DNA of 61,328 nucleotides, filler included, from Bonamia ostreae (Eukaryota): NCBI GenBank assembly GCA_040357525.1. It is 17 parts of 17 records of this genome, joined end to end, with 100 filler letters (N's around TTAATTAATTAA, not from the genome) between each part and the next. Parts side by side here need not be neighbours in the genome. Positions count along the whole stretch, not along the records: positions 47,057 to 50,555 come from JBDODL010000491.1; positions 50,656 to 54,149 come from JBDODL010000492.1; positions 54,250 to 57,742 come from JBDODL010000493.1; 14 more parts are not named here. One strand, 5' to 3'. Shown piece by piece: positions 47,366 to 57,742 of this stretch (position 1 is its first letter; each line of letters starts with the position of its first letter). The notes under the pieces were generated by a model. It saw only the letters and a program-made list of their open reading frames with translations, ran no database searches and was not told where the DNA came from. The position numbers and the translations under genes were made by a program.

Positions 47366-49072
47366 ATGAAGAAAGCGTTTTACAATTTGAAGAATAAAAT
47401 TAAAAACAAAAAATCACAAAATTCAATTAGTCAAAATTCTTCATCGTCGCGTAAAGTTAAACAAAAAGAAATATCGACCTCAAATTCAATAAAACAACAA
47501 AATCAGCAAAATCAACAAAACGAAAAAATGGACAATAAAACAGAAAAACTACAAAATCAACAAAACGCAAAAATAGAAAAAATAGAAAAAATGGACAAAA
47601 CAAAACAAATTCAAAAATTAAAAGACGAACCAAAAAATGAAAATACAAAAAAAAGCTCAAAACAGAATCGTCACAAAAACTTCCAGAACAGAATAGAAAA
47701 GATGAAACGCAAAAACTATTCCCAAATGGACATCCTCAACTCCAACTTCACTCCGTTCTGCCAAAATGTCCCTCGCGAAAAAGAGTTCTTCTTCGTCAAA
47801 ATGTGCCGCCTCGTCGCAGTCCCTTTCTCCTTCTCCAAACACTCCCCGCCGTTCTACGTCCAGGCCAGGCGCACAAAGGGCAGCGTGCTCCACGAAATCG
47901 AGTTGATCGCAGCCGCGCCGCTCGGCTGGCTCACCGCCAGCGCCGCGGAAGCCTTCGAGCAAACTTTGACGCAAAACCTTTTCCTCCCCGGAAACGCCAT
48001 CTCGCCGCCTTCTGGCGACGCCGCCTTCGGCGGCTTCTTCAGCCCGGACTGGGAGCACCGCCTCAAATTGTACGGCGCTCTTCGGTTGTTTCTGAAGAAC
48101 GAATCGGCCGACCGAAAACTGGTCGACTTAATCTGCTCCGAGCGCGTCACGGAATTCCTGTTCAAGCAACTCGTTTTCGCCCAAGACGAGCGCGAGCGAA
48201 ATGCGGCCAATCGAGCGCTTTGGCAAATCTTCGACAGATCGCCGGCCAAAAAAAAGTCGGAGATCGTCGCGAAGACATTCGATTTTCTCGAAGAAGCCAT
48301 TTCTGCATTTTCCGTAAAATCCAAATTAGGCGCGAACGCCAAAACCAATTCCGGTCGGATTCCCACTGCGCGCTGCGATTCCGGCGAACCCATTCCCGGG
48401 ATTGGCGCATTGTTCGATTTTCTGTCGCAACTTGTGCCCACTTGGAAGAAGCCGCTCGCTTTGGACAAAAGGCGTTGCTTCAGAAATTTGGTTTTGCCGT
48501 TGGTCGAATTAAGGACGCGGGAGATGATGATGGAATCGCCCCGCGGCGTAATTTACAGTTTTTTGGAAAGTTGCTTCGATTTGGTCGTCGATGCGTTTGC
48601 TGCAGCCGTTCGCTGGAAACTTGACGACGCGATTTTCGGTTTTAAGGTCATTTCGCTGTCTCTTAGATCATTTCGCAGTCTCAAAAGGAGGACTGATTTG
48701 GATTTGAAAGCAGTCGATGATAAGTTGGCGTTGGCCGTCGTCGGCAAAATAGCGGAAGGGGCTGTCGACTCGAATTTCCGAGTCGCGGATATGGCTATTT
48801 CGCTGTTGAGTGACGACATCATGTTGCCTTTGCTGTTCAGAAACGAGGAGAGAGGTCTGCATTTGTTGTTGAATAAGCTGTATCAGAATCAAAGCCACTG
48901 GTGCGTGGCGATTCGAATGGAATCGGAAAAAACGATTGAAGCTTTCGCGAAAACAGATTCTGAAGTTTTGGGGCCAATGACGAGCAAGTTCGAAAATAAC
49001 CAAGTTGAAAAGTTGGTTGATAAGAGAAGAAAGGAATGGCAGCTTCTCGAGAGGAAAAGAATTGACTTGTAA
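47366..49072 (+). CDS. Divergent PP2A regulatory subunit B' (B56)
   Basis: F..KM.RL..V.F.F, PDWEH..KLY, DERERN.A...L..IF, PGIGALFDFL, S.NFRVA..A, SHW...IR. Gln/Lys-rich N-terminal extension. Confidence 0.8.
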   Translation: MKKAFYNLKNKIKNKKSQNSISQNSSSSRKVKQKEISTSNSIKQQNQQNQQNEKMDNKTEKLQNQQNAKIEKIEKMDKTKQIQKLKDEPKNENTKKSSKQNRHKNFQNRIEKMKRKNYSQMDILNSNFTPFCQNVPREKEFFFVKMCRLVAVPFSFSKHSPPFYVQARRTKGSVLHEIELIAAAPLGWLTASAAEAFEQTLTQNLFLPGNAISPPSGDAAFGGFFSPDWEHRLKLYGALRLFLKNESADRKLVDLICSERVTEFLFKQLVFAQDERERNAANRALWQIFDRSPAKKKSEIVAKTFDFLEEAISAFSVKSKLGANAKTNSGRIPTARCDSGEPIPGIGALFDFLSQLVPTWKKPLALDKRRCFRNLVLPLVELRTREMMMESPRGVIYSFLESCFDLVVDAFAAAVRWKLDDAIFGFKVISLSLRSFRSLKRRTDLDLKAVDDKLALAVVGKIAEGAVDSNFRVADMAISLLSDDIMLPLLFRNEERGLHLLLNKLYQNQSHWCVAIRMESEKTIEAFAKTDSEVLGPMTSKFENNQVEKLVDKRRKEWQLLERKRIDL

Positions 49073-49159
49073 ATTTTTTTTTGTTGTTTTTGGTTTAGAC
49101 CGATTTTAGTTAATTTACGGCTTTCCTATTTTCAAAAATTTTGATTTTTGAGACGATAT

Positions 49160-49437
49160 CGGAATGGAGCGGTGATCCGATGCTTCTAAACGAAACAAAC
49201 TTTCGTATGCCGACCCAACGTCGGAACGCAATGATGCAATCAGATTTTTCCCGAGCGGATTTAGAGTTCGCTTCGGTTTGCAACTGATAGCACAGACATT
49301 TTTAAGCAGTTAAAATAGTCTTTTGGCTGCTCAGCGTTGGATGTCGTCCGCTACATGAATGTAAACGGAGAGATGACATGTTAGCTGCTTTAATGTTATC
49401 TCGCCATTTTACATTTTTGTGCAGCGGATAACATTCG
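49160..49437 (+). ncRNA. Candidate structured non-coding RNA, possibly H/ACA-terminated; family unassigned
   Basis: GC-elevated non-coding island between convergent genes. It has a long closing helix, several internal hairpins with G-U pairs on the + strand, AGATGA (H-box pattern) at 49371 and ACA at 49431. Confidence 0.5.
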
Positions 49438-49542
49438 TTTTCGAAGATTTGTCGTTTTTGTATTTTGAATATTTGTTAATTTCAAAATTTTAGTCGAAAA
49501 AGTATTTTAGGCAAAGCAAAAAGGAGCTATTTTAGCGACATT

Positions 49543-50257
49543 TTAGATTTCTTTTATTTCAGAGTTTTCGAAGATTTCAATGTTTCCCTTTTGAGTCTGT
49601 AAAGCGTTTTGAACTAACGCAAAACCGACTTTTTGAATGTTTACACCTAAAAAAGAGGGAGAAATTTTGGAAAAGAAGCTTTCTAGCGGACGACCAGATC
49701 CATTTCTGCCGAACAAGAAACCGGGTCTGAAAATTGTCAATCTCTCAAATTGGAGTTCCTTTACCGCTTCTTCCGTCTAAACTTATTGCAAGTAACAACT
49801 TTTCCTTTTGTCGACGGATACAAAAACCAACTGTTTGGATTGGCTCCAACGGAACTAACCAAACTAAAATGGGTTGTACCGTTTGATTTGAGTAGTTTGG
49901 CGCAATTGACAATGTAGTCAAAATCGACTTTTTTAAAGTTTTCTGCTGACCCGGCTGCCTTTCGACTAAGATCACAAATTGGATAAACAAACGTTGTTCC
50001 GAGTGCGCAAAACCCGTGAGAGAAGCCGACGAATTCGTCTTCGAAATTGTGGATGTTGTCAAAATCGACTATCGTTTTCACCAATTTGGGGTTATCTTTA
50101 GGTTGCTCCCAGAAATCGTTGTCTTTTGGAGATCGGAGTAGCAACTTGACCGTCTCAACTTCTTTTCTTTTTAGCAGTTCCAACACGGTCTAAAAACTGT
50201 AAACTCAAAAACCTCTCGACCACATTTGCCTGTTCCTCCGATCACTAAAGCTTTCAT
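49543..50257 (-). CDS. HTATIP2: TIP30/HTATIP2 (Fmp52-like) oxidoreductase, 4 exons
   Basis: ALVIGGTG..GRE, FCALGTT|RKAAGS.ENF.KVD.DY, LVSSVGAN.NS.FLY..TKG, TIFRPG.L. Introns 50190-50212, 49966-49992 and 49777-49799. Confidence 0.92.
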
Positions 50258-50446
50258 AAAAATATTTATGAATTTAAAAATATTATATGCGGGTTCTATA
50301 AAGTAAAGATGGATTAAATTGTTATTTAGTGCAAGTTAAAAAGTAGATAAATTTGTGGTAGTTTTTTAAAGATGAAAAGAGCCATTTAAAGTTAAAGATT
50401 TTTAATAAAGTTATTATTTAAAACAAAAACGTAAAATTAAAAAATA

Positions 50447-50555
50447 ATGAGTCGAAGAGGAAGGCCTTCGAACGCGAGTTTACAAAATAAATTAAATTCG
50501 ATCTACAATAGGAAAATTAACGGTGACGAAGTTTAAAAATTTTTGTCGATTTTTA
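50447..50555 (+). CDS. First exon of a gene with an AT-hook-like start, truncated
   Basis: MSRRGRPSN... followed by a GTTTAA donor and the contig end. Confidence 0.4.
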
Positions 50556-50655
50556 NNNNNNNNNNNNNNNNNNNNNNNNNNNNNNNNNNNNNNNNNNNNT
50601 TAATTAATTAANNNNNNNNNNNNNNNNNNNNNNNNNNNNNNNNNNNNNNNNNNNN

Positions 50656-51374
50656 AACAATCAAATATTTAACAATTTAATAAAAGAACTTTGAAAAAAA
50701 CCAATTAACGACTGAAGAAATTTTGCAAGGACTGCCCGATTTCGCAAAAAGCCAAAGCTCCAAAAACGACTCGAACGGAGAGGAAGAACTTGAAGAAACC
50801 GGCACAAAAAGAAAAAACAGCGAAGAAGAAAACGGCGAATTCAAAAAACTGTTAAAGACAAATTCTCCCGCCTTCGAAAAAATGCTCGTCCGGCAACAAA
50901 GTTATGTTGGTTGCAACACGGTTTTTATGCCACCAACAAAAGTGGATCAGTCGATTGGTAAAAGATCTAAAAAGCGAATGCTTATTTTTCATAAAAATGG
51001 TGGGCAGTCTGAAGTTGTGGATTCAGCTTAACATACCGAAAATCGAGGACGGGAATAACTTCGGGGTGACCATTCAAGAAGAGATCGTCACAGAATTGGC
51101 GAGCAAGGAAAATCACGCGTTCAACATAATGGAAGAAATGATGAAATATTACTCGGAAAGAGCTCGGATCGTAAAACGGATCCTCAAATATCCCAAATTC
51201 GAAGATTTCAAAAACGCGCTGGTCGAACATGACGACAGAGCCTTTATAATGTTCAGAATGGATTTTCTGGATATGCGGAATTACTACATTACGTTGTTGG
51301 ATGTGATCAAAAAGAATTACGAAAAAATAAAGAAACCGCGTGGAAACGGTTCATCTTATCATTCTATGTTTTGA
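50656..51374 (+). CDS. PSME3: Proteasome activator PA28/REG (PSME3-like), 5' truncated (intron 50921-50942)
   Basis: LKLWIQLNIPKIEDGNNFGVTIQEE, KYP..EDF, RNYY..L.D.I.KN.EKIKKPR. Confidence 0.93.
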
Positions 51375-51983
51375 TAAATGTCTATCTCTTATTTTTTGTG
51401 TTTAATGGCTTTATTTTATGTTTTGATCAATGTCTATCTATAATCAAATCTTCGAAAAATGGGGTTACCGTTGAATTTATTTAAATTCGTCAATTAGCCG
51501 TGGAAGTTCTAATGACGACGCATTTTTTCGCAATTTTATTAAAAATGCAAATTTGCGCAACAAAAAATCTTCGAAATTTGCTCTGATAAAATGTAATTTT
51601 ATTATTAAAATTTTAAAAATGCAATTTTATTAAATTTGCAGTTGCTCTGATAAAAGGCAGTGCCGGTGACTGACATTTTCTGATATTTTGTTCACAGATT
51701 TTATTTAAAATCTCAACAAGGATTTCTGAATTGGGCAAATTTTCATAGTCAGAATTGATACCACAACCAAATTTCATTATTTGGCAAGTTTTGAAGGGCA
51801 CGACGATTCTAATAAAAAACAGTCAAAGTTAAAACAAATTTTATTCGCTTGATTAAATATGGAAAATATTTTGTATTTTTGCGAAATTTGCGAAATTTGT
51901 ATTTTTGTGATAATAGTAAATAATAAAACTAACGATGATCAAATCCATGCAACAAAACAATATTAAAATTCAAAACATAAAAA

Positions 51984-52402
51984 ATGGAGTCGCATCAAAG
52001 TACAAACAAAGAGGAAAATCAAAAATTCGAAAATAAGTTAAAAACGATTATAAAGAATTACGATGGTGAACTGTTCAACCACAAATTTGCTTCATTATTA
52101 GTTCATTTTTTTGTTTTGTACACAAACGCAAAAATTTATTTAAAAAATGGGAGAAAGAAAGAATTGGAGAATAAACGATATGAAGAAAGATTGTATACTG
52201 CTTTCAAAAAGATTGTAAAAAATGAAAATTTTGATGCAAACACTGAAGAGATTAAAGAATGTTTAAATAGATTGGGACACACAAAAAATCATGTTTTTGG
52301 AGATTTTAAGTCGTTTTTCACGTATGTTGTAGAACGCTTGAAAGATTTGTATGAAGATAGTCCTTGGCTCGAACGCATTTATGAAATTTATAGTAACAGA
52401 CC
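51984..52402 (+). CDS. Hypothetical helical protein, tandem paralogue A (3' end in N gap)
   Basis: FFVLYTNAKIYLK...FKKI....FD...DFKSFF..V...L......WL..IY, similar to 52538-52983. Confidence 0.6.
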
Positions 52403-52537
52403 NNNNNNNNNNNNNNNNNNNNNNNNNNNNNNNNNNNNNNNNNNNNNNNNNNNNNNNNNNNNNNNNNNNNNNNNNNNNNNNNNNNNNNNNNNNNNNNNNN
52501 NNATTAAAATTCGATCCAAGGAAAAATATTAACAAAA

Positions 52538-52983
52538 TGGAAGCAGCTTATAACGCAAAAAAACAGGAAAATATAGCCAAAACAAAACTTTACAAAATTT
52601 TAAAAAAATTAGAGATAAAAGTGACAGATTATTGTTTCAAATTAATTTTATTTTACGTTTTGTACAATAAAGCAGAAAATTATTTAAAAAGTGAAAATCG
52701 TTTAAATTTGTTTGTAGAAAATTTGCAAGGCAAAATAATGTGCAACGTCTTTAAAAAAATTGCGGGCAGCCCAGATTTTAACAAGGAAAATAAAAATGCG
52801 CAAAAATATCTAAAATTGTTAAAAAAAAGTTACTGTAAAATTACAGATTTTAAGGATTTTTTCAATTTGTATGTTTTGGTTGAATTAGAAAAAATGTTCT
52901 CAAATTATTCTTATCTCGATGAAATTTACAATGAATATTGTATTGATTTAGCTGGAACAAATTCGACTTATTATTTGTATTAA
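52538..52983 (+). CDS. Hypothetical helical protein, tandem paralogue B (or second domain)
   Basis: FYVLYNKAENYLK...FKKI....FN...DFKDFF..YV..L......YL.EIY. Confidence 0.6.
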
Positions 52984-53449
52984 ATTATTTGCTATTTTGT
53001 GCTATTTTTGCCGATTTTGATTTTTTTTTTAAATTTATTTTCGCTTTTTGTGTTAATTTTTATTTAAACATATTTTTTGCATTTTAAAATTACTTTTTAA
53101 GTTTTATATTATTTGCTAAAAATTCAAATTTAGCAAAACATTCAATTTAAAAGATTAATTTAAATTTTTACTAAAATTTTTTAGCAAAACAATATTTCTA
53201 AAATTTAATTTAAAAACATTCATAAATTTAGCAAAAATTTTCCAAATGATCGACGAAATGCCAAAAATTCTTAATATCTTTGAAAAACAGTCCGATATTC
53301 TTGTTTTTCCGGACTTTTATAAAAATTTTAAGCTCTTTCTTTTACTAATTTTTGTGGATTCTAAAATTAAAATCTTTTAATTCATTTTTTTGTACTTTAA
53401 CATAAATTTAAAGCTCAATTAATAAATATTTTTACAAAAAAAGATAATT

Positions 53450-54149
53450 TTGCAGACAATAAACAGCCATTCGTCAAAAGATATTAATGCATTCGATAAA
53501 ACATTTTACAACAGATTAAAATGTGTAAACAAGGAAATGCTTCATCTATTTCTTCCACAATTAATGTTAAATTTTTCCCGACATTACAAATTTTTACAAA
53601 TTTCTAAAATCGTTAAATTTTTAAAGAGGATATCTTTACGAATTCGAAAACGAACAAATGGCTGAAATTTTGTTATTTCGCTGCAAAAACGATTTAAGAA
53701 TTTTGGTCAAAACGATTTATTATCTTAATTGCGTCATAAAAGAAAATTCCCAATCGCAAAAATCCAAATTTGCGAATTCTTATTTGGATAAACTAAATTT
53801 TTGCAAATTCGGCAATAGCAATTTTGATTCTGTAGAATTGTTTTTCAACTGTTTACAAAATGTTTCAGAAAAACTATGTTTTTGATATTAAAATTTGATC
53901 AAAAAATTTTTGTTACCAAAATTATTAAAAAGCACAATTAGAGCCGAATCAAAAAGAGAAAAGTCTTCAAGAGCAACTAAAAAATTTGAACCAATTGTTT
54001 ATAACCAAAAAGCCATTTGAACTTGATTTCCTCAAAACGAATTTGTTGTTTAATGGAATCGATCACAAAAACAGTCGAACTCTTTCCAGTAAACAAAATG
54101 TTTTTATAGTAAAATTTTATACAATAAAAATAACGACATTGTCAAAATT
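53450..54149 (+). CDS. Divergent PI3/PI4-kinase-family fragment (PIK helical domain), multi-exon, truncated
   Basis: LHLFLPQLMLN, EILLFRC, and a GID..NSRTLSSK..VFIVKF segment like the start of a PI3K catalytic domain. Confidence 0.45.
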
Positions 54150-54249
54150 NNNNNNNNNNNNNNNNNNNNNNNNNNNNNNNNNNNNNNNNNNNNTTAATTA
54201 ATTAANNNNNNNNNNNNNNNNNNNNNNNNNNNNNNNNNNNNNNNNNNNN

Positions 54250-54620
54250 ATTAAACGATTTGACATTAAAACGATTTGACATTAAAACAATTGGACATTA
54301 AAACGATTTGACATTAAAACGATTTGACATTAAAACAATTGAACATTAAATTAATTCGATAATTAAACGATTTGACATTAAAACGATTTGATATTAAAAC
54401 AATTGGACATTAAAACGATTTGACATTAAAACGATTTGAACATTAAAACAATTGAACATTAAATTAATTCGACAATTAAACGATTTGACATTAAAACGAT
54501 TTGACATTAAAACAATTGGACATTAAAACAATTGGACATTAAATTAATTGGACATTAAAACGATTTGACATTAAAACAATTGGACATTAAAACAAAAACA
54601 ATTGGACATTAAAACGATTT
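54250..54620. repeat. Minisatellite, ~16-bp unit TTAAAACGATTTGACA, about 20 or more copies
   Basis: Visible tandem array with variants (ACAATTGGACA). Probably intronic to the downstream RING gene. Confidence 0.95.
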
Positions 54621-54639
54621 TTTTATTCTAAAATTGACC

Positions 54640-56179
54640 TTTAAAGAATAAATCTGCAGAAACAAAATCGCAGATTCTGAAAAAACCAATCAATCCCAAC
54701 TCATTGTCACCTCTCGACATCGGAAAATCTTTCAACCACTCCCAAACCCAAATTAAATCACAACAGAGCCCAAAACAAAAACCTTCGCAGTCCAACTTCA
54801 AAAAAAGCTCGAATTTCGACAACAAAAAGAAAATCAAAAACGCGGAAAATTTTGAAAATTTTAAAAGAAACGATAGAAAAAAAAGTCCAAAGAAATCCCC
54901 AACCTTTATAGAGTCCACCCCTCAAGGTGTCATGAATGTCAAAAAATACTTTTCTCCGGTCATCGGTCCCAACAACACAGCCATTTTGAGAGAACCGAAA
55001 AAAAACAAAAACGAAAATCCAAAAATTCCAGAAAAGACCAAATTTCCCGAAAAAACAAAATTCAAAAATAGGAAAAATAAGGAAAATATTTCGCCTCCTT
55101 CGCAAACGGTCAAAAATCCAAACAATCAAAATTCCGTAAAATATCAAAAAAACATTCAAAATTTTATAACCAAAAATTCAAATTTGGTGAATAAAAATAA
55201 CGAACAGGAAAAACTGGAATTCGAATCTCAATTTGAAAATTTGGCCAAAAATTATGAAACATTATTTGGAAACGAGAATTTGCGCCAAAACGGATTTTTA
55301 GTTAAAACAAACGAAAATTTGGCTGACCGAAATGATTTTTTTTCGAACTTGAACAAACGCGGGGAAAAAATGGGCGCGGGACCGTCGCCAGGAGAGTACA
55401 TTGCACAGAGACAGCCGCTTAAAATAGTACAAGATTCTCCGATGTTCGAGCTTTTCGGAGACGACGAGAAGATTGTTGGAGAGAGAATGGTGATCGACTA
55501 CAAAGAGCTCTTTGAAAATGTGCGGAAGAGGTATTTGTGTCCGCTTTGTTTGGCGGAGAATGTTCCAAGAGACAATGTTGTGGTTCCGTGCGGTTTCTAT
55601 TTTTGATTTTTTTATTGCAATTTTTTTGTTCGATTTATCATTTTGTAATTTAAATATTTTTAATTTGCGTTTTCTATTTTTGATTTTATCAATTTTTGAT
55701 TTTTTTATTGCAATTTTTTTGTTCGATTTATCATTTTGTAATTTAAATATTTTTNNNNNNNNNNNNNNNNNNNNNNNNNNNNNNNNNNNNNNNNNNNNNN
55801 NNNNNNNNNNNNNNNNNNNNNNNNNNNNNNNNNNNNNNNNNNNNNNNNNNNNNNTTTTTGTTCGATTTATCATTTTGTAATTTAAATATTTTTAATTTGC
55901 GTTTTCTATTTTTGATTTTATCAATTTTTGATTTTTTTATTGCAATTTTTTGTTCGTTTTATCATTTTGTAATTTGAATATTTTTAATTTGCGTTTTCTA
56001 TTTTGATTTTATCAATTTTTGATTTTTTCATTCATTCTGAAAATATTTTTTCAATTTTATTTCTAATATTAAAAGGACATTTCTTCTGTGCAGATTGCGC
56101 GCCGATGATAAACGAAAAAACAATTTGCCCGAAATGTAAAATTAAGTGTGAACGAGTTGTTGTTTTAGAGTTTGATTAA
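54640..56179 (+). CDS. C-terminal RING-finger (C3HC4) protein with low-complexity N-terminal region, 5' truncated (intron 55593-56075)
   Basis: CPLC...VVVPCG|HFFCADC.......CPKC is completed by splicing. Stop at 56177-56179. Confidence 0.8.
55595..56030. repeat. Intronic tandem repeat, unit ~95 bp
   Basis: TTTGATTTTTTTATTGCAATTTTTTTGTTCGATTTATCATTTTGTAATTTAAATATTTTTAATTTGCG is repeated across an N gap. Confidence 0.9.
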
Positions 56180-56189
56180 ATAGCATAAT

Positions 56190-56852
56190 CTAAAAATTTA
56201 CTTTTTTTCTCTTCTTCTCAAGTTTTGTCTTATCCTCTTCAAACTTCTTCTTCAAAATATTTTTCGCTAAACATTGTTTTAAAAACCACTAACGTCTTTA
56301 TATTTGGAGACAGTTTGCTCATACAATCCTTTGTTAATTCTTGTTTTGCTATATTCGCCAAAATCTTTTTCGATCTTTTTGTGTTTGGGCAAATTTTTAT
56401 GTTTGACCAAATTTTTGTTTCCATTAATCAAATTTTCTAATTCTTCTCGAAGTTCGCTTTCTGGTTTACATTTTGAAGAGTACTCGAAAACCATTTCTTT
56501 TTTAAAATACAAAAACTTTCTATTCCAAATTTTTTGTCGTTGGAGAATTTAAAATTAATCTTTCTGTTCAAATTAGGCTCGTTTTCGTAAATAACGACAA
56601 TTGCGTTTACTTTTTATTTCAAATTAACACAAAAATTTAAAAAAGTAAAAATAGCAATTTACATTTACACAACAATTTATTATTTTCTTTAATATTCCAA
56701 TTAGAATTGATATCGTTTTCGTCAAAAAATTGAATTTTGTGAATATCGCCAAAATTGCTGAAAAATTGCAATAGATTTGACTTATTGAAATAAGTTGGCA
56801 CATTTACAAATAAAAAAGATTTTTCAGTTTCTCCTTTTGTCAAAAACATCAC
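56190..56852 (-). CDS. RRM protein, RRP7-like, multi-exon
   Basis: SFLFVNVP......LLQFFS.FGDI..IQF, followed by P...LREELE.L. Confidence 0.45.
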
Positions 56853-57389
56853 TTTTTAATATTATTCTAATCGTTTTTACTAAATTTCAAAAGTTGATAT
56901 TTTTTAAAATTTTTAATGCCAATTCTTAAAATTTTTCAATTTTTTTAAAAATAATGACGATATTTACACAAATTTTGATCATCAATTTTATCAACAAAAT
57001 TTGATATTTTTGCAAAGAGCAAATTTTGCTTTTTATCTTCTCCGTTGTAATTTCTAAATTATTTTAGTAATTACATTTTTGCAGAGGTTCCAAAATCTTG
57101 CAAAATATTAACAGCCATTTTTGCTAAATCCTTAATATACTGATTTGTTATATAATTTAAATTAGCGTACATATTTAGTTCGCGTTAAATAAAATTTAGT
57201 TTTGAAAATTTCGTCTTTAAAAGCGCAAATTTACAAAAATCGATTTTTCAGTTTTTAAATATTTTTGAAAATTGTAAAATTTTAATAAAAATTGGTTTTT
57301 TATTCTTTAATTAATTTTGTGTTCTTTGATCGTCGACGTTAAAAATTTGCAGATTTAAAATTTGAAAAAAATCAATAAGACATGTTTAA

Positions 57390-57600
57390 TCATCCCAACT
57401 TGTTCTCATTTGCTTTTTTGACAATTTTCGCAATGCTCAAATTGAGCCAAGTACTCAAAAGTGAAAATCCTGTAAACATTCCGCCCGTTATTCCGAGCAA
57501 AGTTACGAAAAATCTTGTCAAGCTATCTCTTGTTTCAGTGAATTCGACTGTTATTGGAGACAGCTCGTATCTGAAATAACAAGCTTTTTCGTTTAAATTC
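57390..57600 (-). CDS. ERGIC3: ERGIC3/Erv46 family, last exon
   Basis: FRYELSPITV.F.E.R.S...F.V.L.GI.GG.FT, ending in KLG. Confidence 0.85.
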
Positions 57601-57606
57601 ATTTTT

Positions 57607-57742
57607 TTAGGTTTAAATTTAATTTTTTTCGATTTTTTTTTGTTAAAATTTAATTTTTTTTTCGATTTTTTTTTCGTTAAAATTTAATTTTTTTTCGATT
57701 TTTTTTTCGTTAAAATTTAATTTTTTTTCGATTTTTTTTTCG
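57607..57742. repeat. Intronic minisatellite (~33-35 bp)
   Basis: TTAAAATTTAATTTTTTTTCGATTTTTTTTCG is repeated up to the contig end. Confidence 0.85.

Noticed and set aside
47657-48624. Overlapping 133-273-aa ORFs within the B56 gene
   Set aside because: They are by-products of locally high GC and show no recognisable motifs.
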